From: Patescibacteria group bacterium
Lineage (GTDB): Bacteria; Patescibacteriota; Minisyncoccia; Minisyncoccales; GWA2-38-27
DNA length: 63,817 nucleotides
Reading direction: 5' to 3'
Assembly: GCA_018830125.1 (NCBI GenBank)
Contig: JAHJSY010000041.1
Coordinates: 1-63,817, forward strand
Below the pieces are notes generated by a model. It made no database searches. It saw only the letters and a list, made by a program, of their open reading frames with translations, and was not told the DNA's origin. The first letter of the stretch is position 1; each line of letters opens with the position of its first letter. The position numbers and the translations under genes were made by a program. Shown here piece after piece: positions 62,365 through 63,817 of this stretch.

Positions 62365-62581
62365 GATTTTTTCAGCAAAATTAGTTATTAAAATTTTATG
62401 CCGAGATTACGGCTTTTATTTTGCTTCACAAAAAGGAAGCCATGTTAAATTAAGAAAAGATAATATGGGACGGAAAATAATTACCATTATACCTCTCCAC
62501 AAAGAATTGTCCCCTGGCACTTTAAAGGGAGTGTTGGAATTAGCAGAAATTAATGAAGAAGATTTTCTAAAAAAGATGTGA
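62357..62581 (+). CDS. hicA: HicA mRNA-interferase toxin
   Basis: 74 aa. GFYFASQKGSHVKLRKD with the conserved His, and the GTLKGVL motif. Confidence 0.75.
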   Translation: MPRIFSAKLVIKILCRDYGFYFASQKGSHVKLRKDNMGRKIITIIPLHKELSPGTLKGVLELAEINEEDFLKKM

Positions 62582-62586
62582 ATAAT

Positions 62587-62916
62587 ATGAATTTTGAAGA
62601 ATACCAAAAATTAGTTAAAAAGACAGCTATTTATCCTGAGATAGGTAGGGGTTATGTTTACCCAACCTTGGGGCTAGTTGGCGAAGCCGGAGAAATAGCC
62701 GAAAAGGTTAAAAAGATCTTTAGAGATAACAATGGCGTTCTTGATGAAGAGAGAAGGCAAATGTTAAAAAAAGAACTAGGCGATGTTCTTTGGTATTTGG
62801 CTCAACTTTCCACAGAATTAGGAATATCTTTTGACGAAGTGGCTTCCTATAACATAGAAAAGTTAGCATCAAGACAGCAAAGAGGCACCCTTCATGGCGA
62901 CGGTGACAACAGATAA
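62587..62916 (+). CDS. MazG-like nucleotide pyrophosphohydrolase
   Basis: LGLVGEAGEIAEKVKK and ELGDVLWYLAQL (EExxE / ExxD) motifs. The track GTG start at 62578 overlaps the hicA stop. Confidence 0.8.
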   Translation: MNFEEYQKLVKKTAIYPEIGRGYVYPTLGLVGEAGEIAEKVKKIFRDNNGVLDEERRQMLKKELGDVLWYLAQLSTELGISFDEVASYNIEKLASRQQRGTLHGDGDNR

Positions 62917-62947
62917 AAAGTGTTAGACACCTGGTGTCTAACACTTT
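62917..62947. terminator. bidirectional terminator AAAGTGTTAGACA-CCTGG-TGTCTAACACTTT
   Basis: 13-bp perfect stem between convergent genes. Confidence 0.75.
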
Positions 62948-63243
62948 GTTTTCTTCTTTCTCATTTTCAATCTTTTGTTTTTGGGCTTAAAAAGAAAAGT
63001 TTTCTTTGTCATTTTTCCTTGATGTCCTTGTTTCCCCCAAATTTCAAATTTTAAGTTAAAATCTGCTCTACTTGCATACAAAGATGTTACGAATTCAATA
63101 GAGCATTCCCATAAACTTCCTTTTTTGCTAAAAGAATCTTCTGATTTTTCTGGCAACTGTGCAGAGACCACTTCATTCGTATGACTATCTAACGGTTGCA
63201 CGTACCAAAAATATTCTCTCTTTTCCTTATCTCTTGTTTCCAT
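62938..63243 (-). CDS. hypothetical protein (101 aa)
   Basis: ORF only, with a Lys-rich C-terminus. Confidence 0.4.
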   Translation of the reverse strand: METRDKEKREYFWYVQPLDSHTNEVVSAQLPEKSEDSFSKKGSLWECSIEFVTSLYASRADFNLKFEIWGKQGHQGKMTKKTFLFKPKNKRLKMRKKKTKC

Positions 63244-63374
63244 CTTTTTCTCCTTATATATAATTTAATGAACTAAACAAATTAATCTTAAACTAAACAC
63301 GTCAAAAGTCAATTCTTGGCTTGCAAAATTATAAGTTTTATGGTATAATTAGCACAATGATATTAGAATATATT

Positions 63375-63817
63375 ATGTATAAAAGAAATAAAGTAAGGCC
63401 TAGCTTTAATGAAACCAGGAGGGTTAAGGTTGGTTATTCTGTTCTTAAGGGAGTGCTTAGTCCCCTAATTCGTAAGATTTGGATAGATAAAATTGAAGGT
63501 TTAGAAAATATTCCTAAAGACGGACCAATCATTATCGCTTCTAATCATCAAAGTTATTTTGATTTCCTTTGTTTTATCGCCGCCTCTCCAAGAAAGGTTC
63601 ATTATCTAGCTGCCGAAAAATTCTATAAAAGTAGAATGTGGCGTCCAGTTATGAATTTGACTGGACAGATAAAAGTTGAACGTGTATCTCATGATAAAAA
63701 GGGAGTGCATGATAAAGTTTATTCTGCTCTAGATCAAGGTAGGGTGATTGGCATCTTTCCTGAAGGAACAAGGTCTGCCAATGGAGAAATTCAAAAACCG
63801 TTTACAGGAGTAGCTAA
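63375..63817 (+). CDS. second PlsC-family acyltransferase (3'-truncated by window end)
   Basis: Not in the track because no stop lies before the window end. My translation from ATG 63375 gives ..IIIASNHQSYFDF..IGIFPEGTRS. Confidence 0.75.
   Translation, partial: MYKRNKVRPSFNETRRVKVGYSVLKGVLSPLIRKIWIDKIEGLENIPKDGPIIIASNHQSYFDFLCFIAASPRKVHYLAAEKFYKSRMWRPVMNLTGQIKVERVSHDKKGVHDKVYSALDQGRVIGIFPEGTRSANGEIQKPFTGVA

Noticed and set aside
1-63817. CRISPR array, given the many short palindromic repeats
   Set aside because: The repeats are dispersed singly or in pairs, belong to several unrelated families, and are not separated by regular 25-40-nt spacers. No cas genes were seen.
1-63817. Alternative genetic code (UGA as a sense codon, as in Gracilibacteria/Absconditabacteria)
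   Set aside because: TGA terminates well-supported genes at the expected lengths: the 17675..18391 ORF, dnaN at 32514..32516, yidC and hicA. Conserved proteins show no internal TGA.

Overview
Low-GC bacterial chromosome segment (about 22-40% G+C in spot counts of single 60-nt lines). It looks like a reduced-genome Patescibacteria/CPR-like organism; that attribution is inference. TGA acts as a stop codon, so the standard code applies.

Main content:
- Replication origin: rpmH-rnpA-yidD-yidC-jag diverging from dnaA-dnaN, with a DnaA-box cluster between dnaA and dnaN.
- A complete V/A-type ATPase operon in the Enterococcus hirae ntpFIKECGABD order. The K subunit keeps the Na+-site residues.
- Housekeeping genes: holA, mutM, tsaE, ruvB, yebC-ruvC, tyrS, PBP1A, rsmA, rpsO, pnp, cca, two plsC-like genes, a PAS histidine kinase with a receiver protein, and a PilB/GspE-type ATPase.
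- Four tRNA or tRNA-like genes, none encoding CCA.
- Several toxin-antitoxin cassettes.

The most unusual content is a type-IV-secretion-like surface module split around the origin:
- 24.3-27.9 kb: a PrgI-like protein, a VirB4 ATPase encoded as two ORFs, and small membrane proteins.
- 35.1-43.9 kb: a tightly coupled four-gene operon. It encodes two proteins with a VirB2/TrbC-like pilin hairpin fused to large cysteine-rich ectodomains, a 909-aa cysteine-rich anchored protein, and a VirB6-like polytopic protein.
- 45.1-46.7 kb: a LysM-M23 peptidase and a third, short pilin paralogue.
- No coupling protein, relaxase or VirB8-11 equivalents are in the window.

The second striking feature is several families of short G+C-rich palindromes and MITE-like hairpins. 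Many sit in frame inside conserved genes (tsaE, rsmA, cca, yidC, the ComEA-like gene, and the RAYT transposase gene itself).

Other items:
- a 2.7-kb integrase-less islet bounded by a duplicated tRNA-Lys 3' half
- an MNT/HEPN pair in which each gene has one nonsense codon
- an HTH-Fic gene with a perfect palindromic operator in its promoter
- a tRNA-like gene with a 7-bp/8-nt anticodon arm
- a probable tRNA-Ile(UAU)
- three candidate small structured RNAs

All functional calls rest on motif and family recognition by eye. No database search was run.
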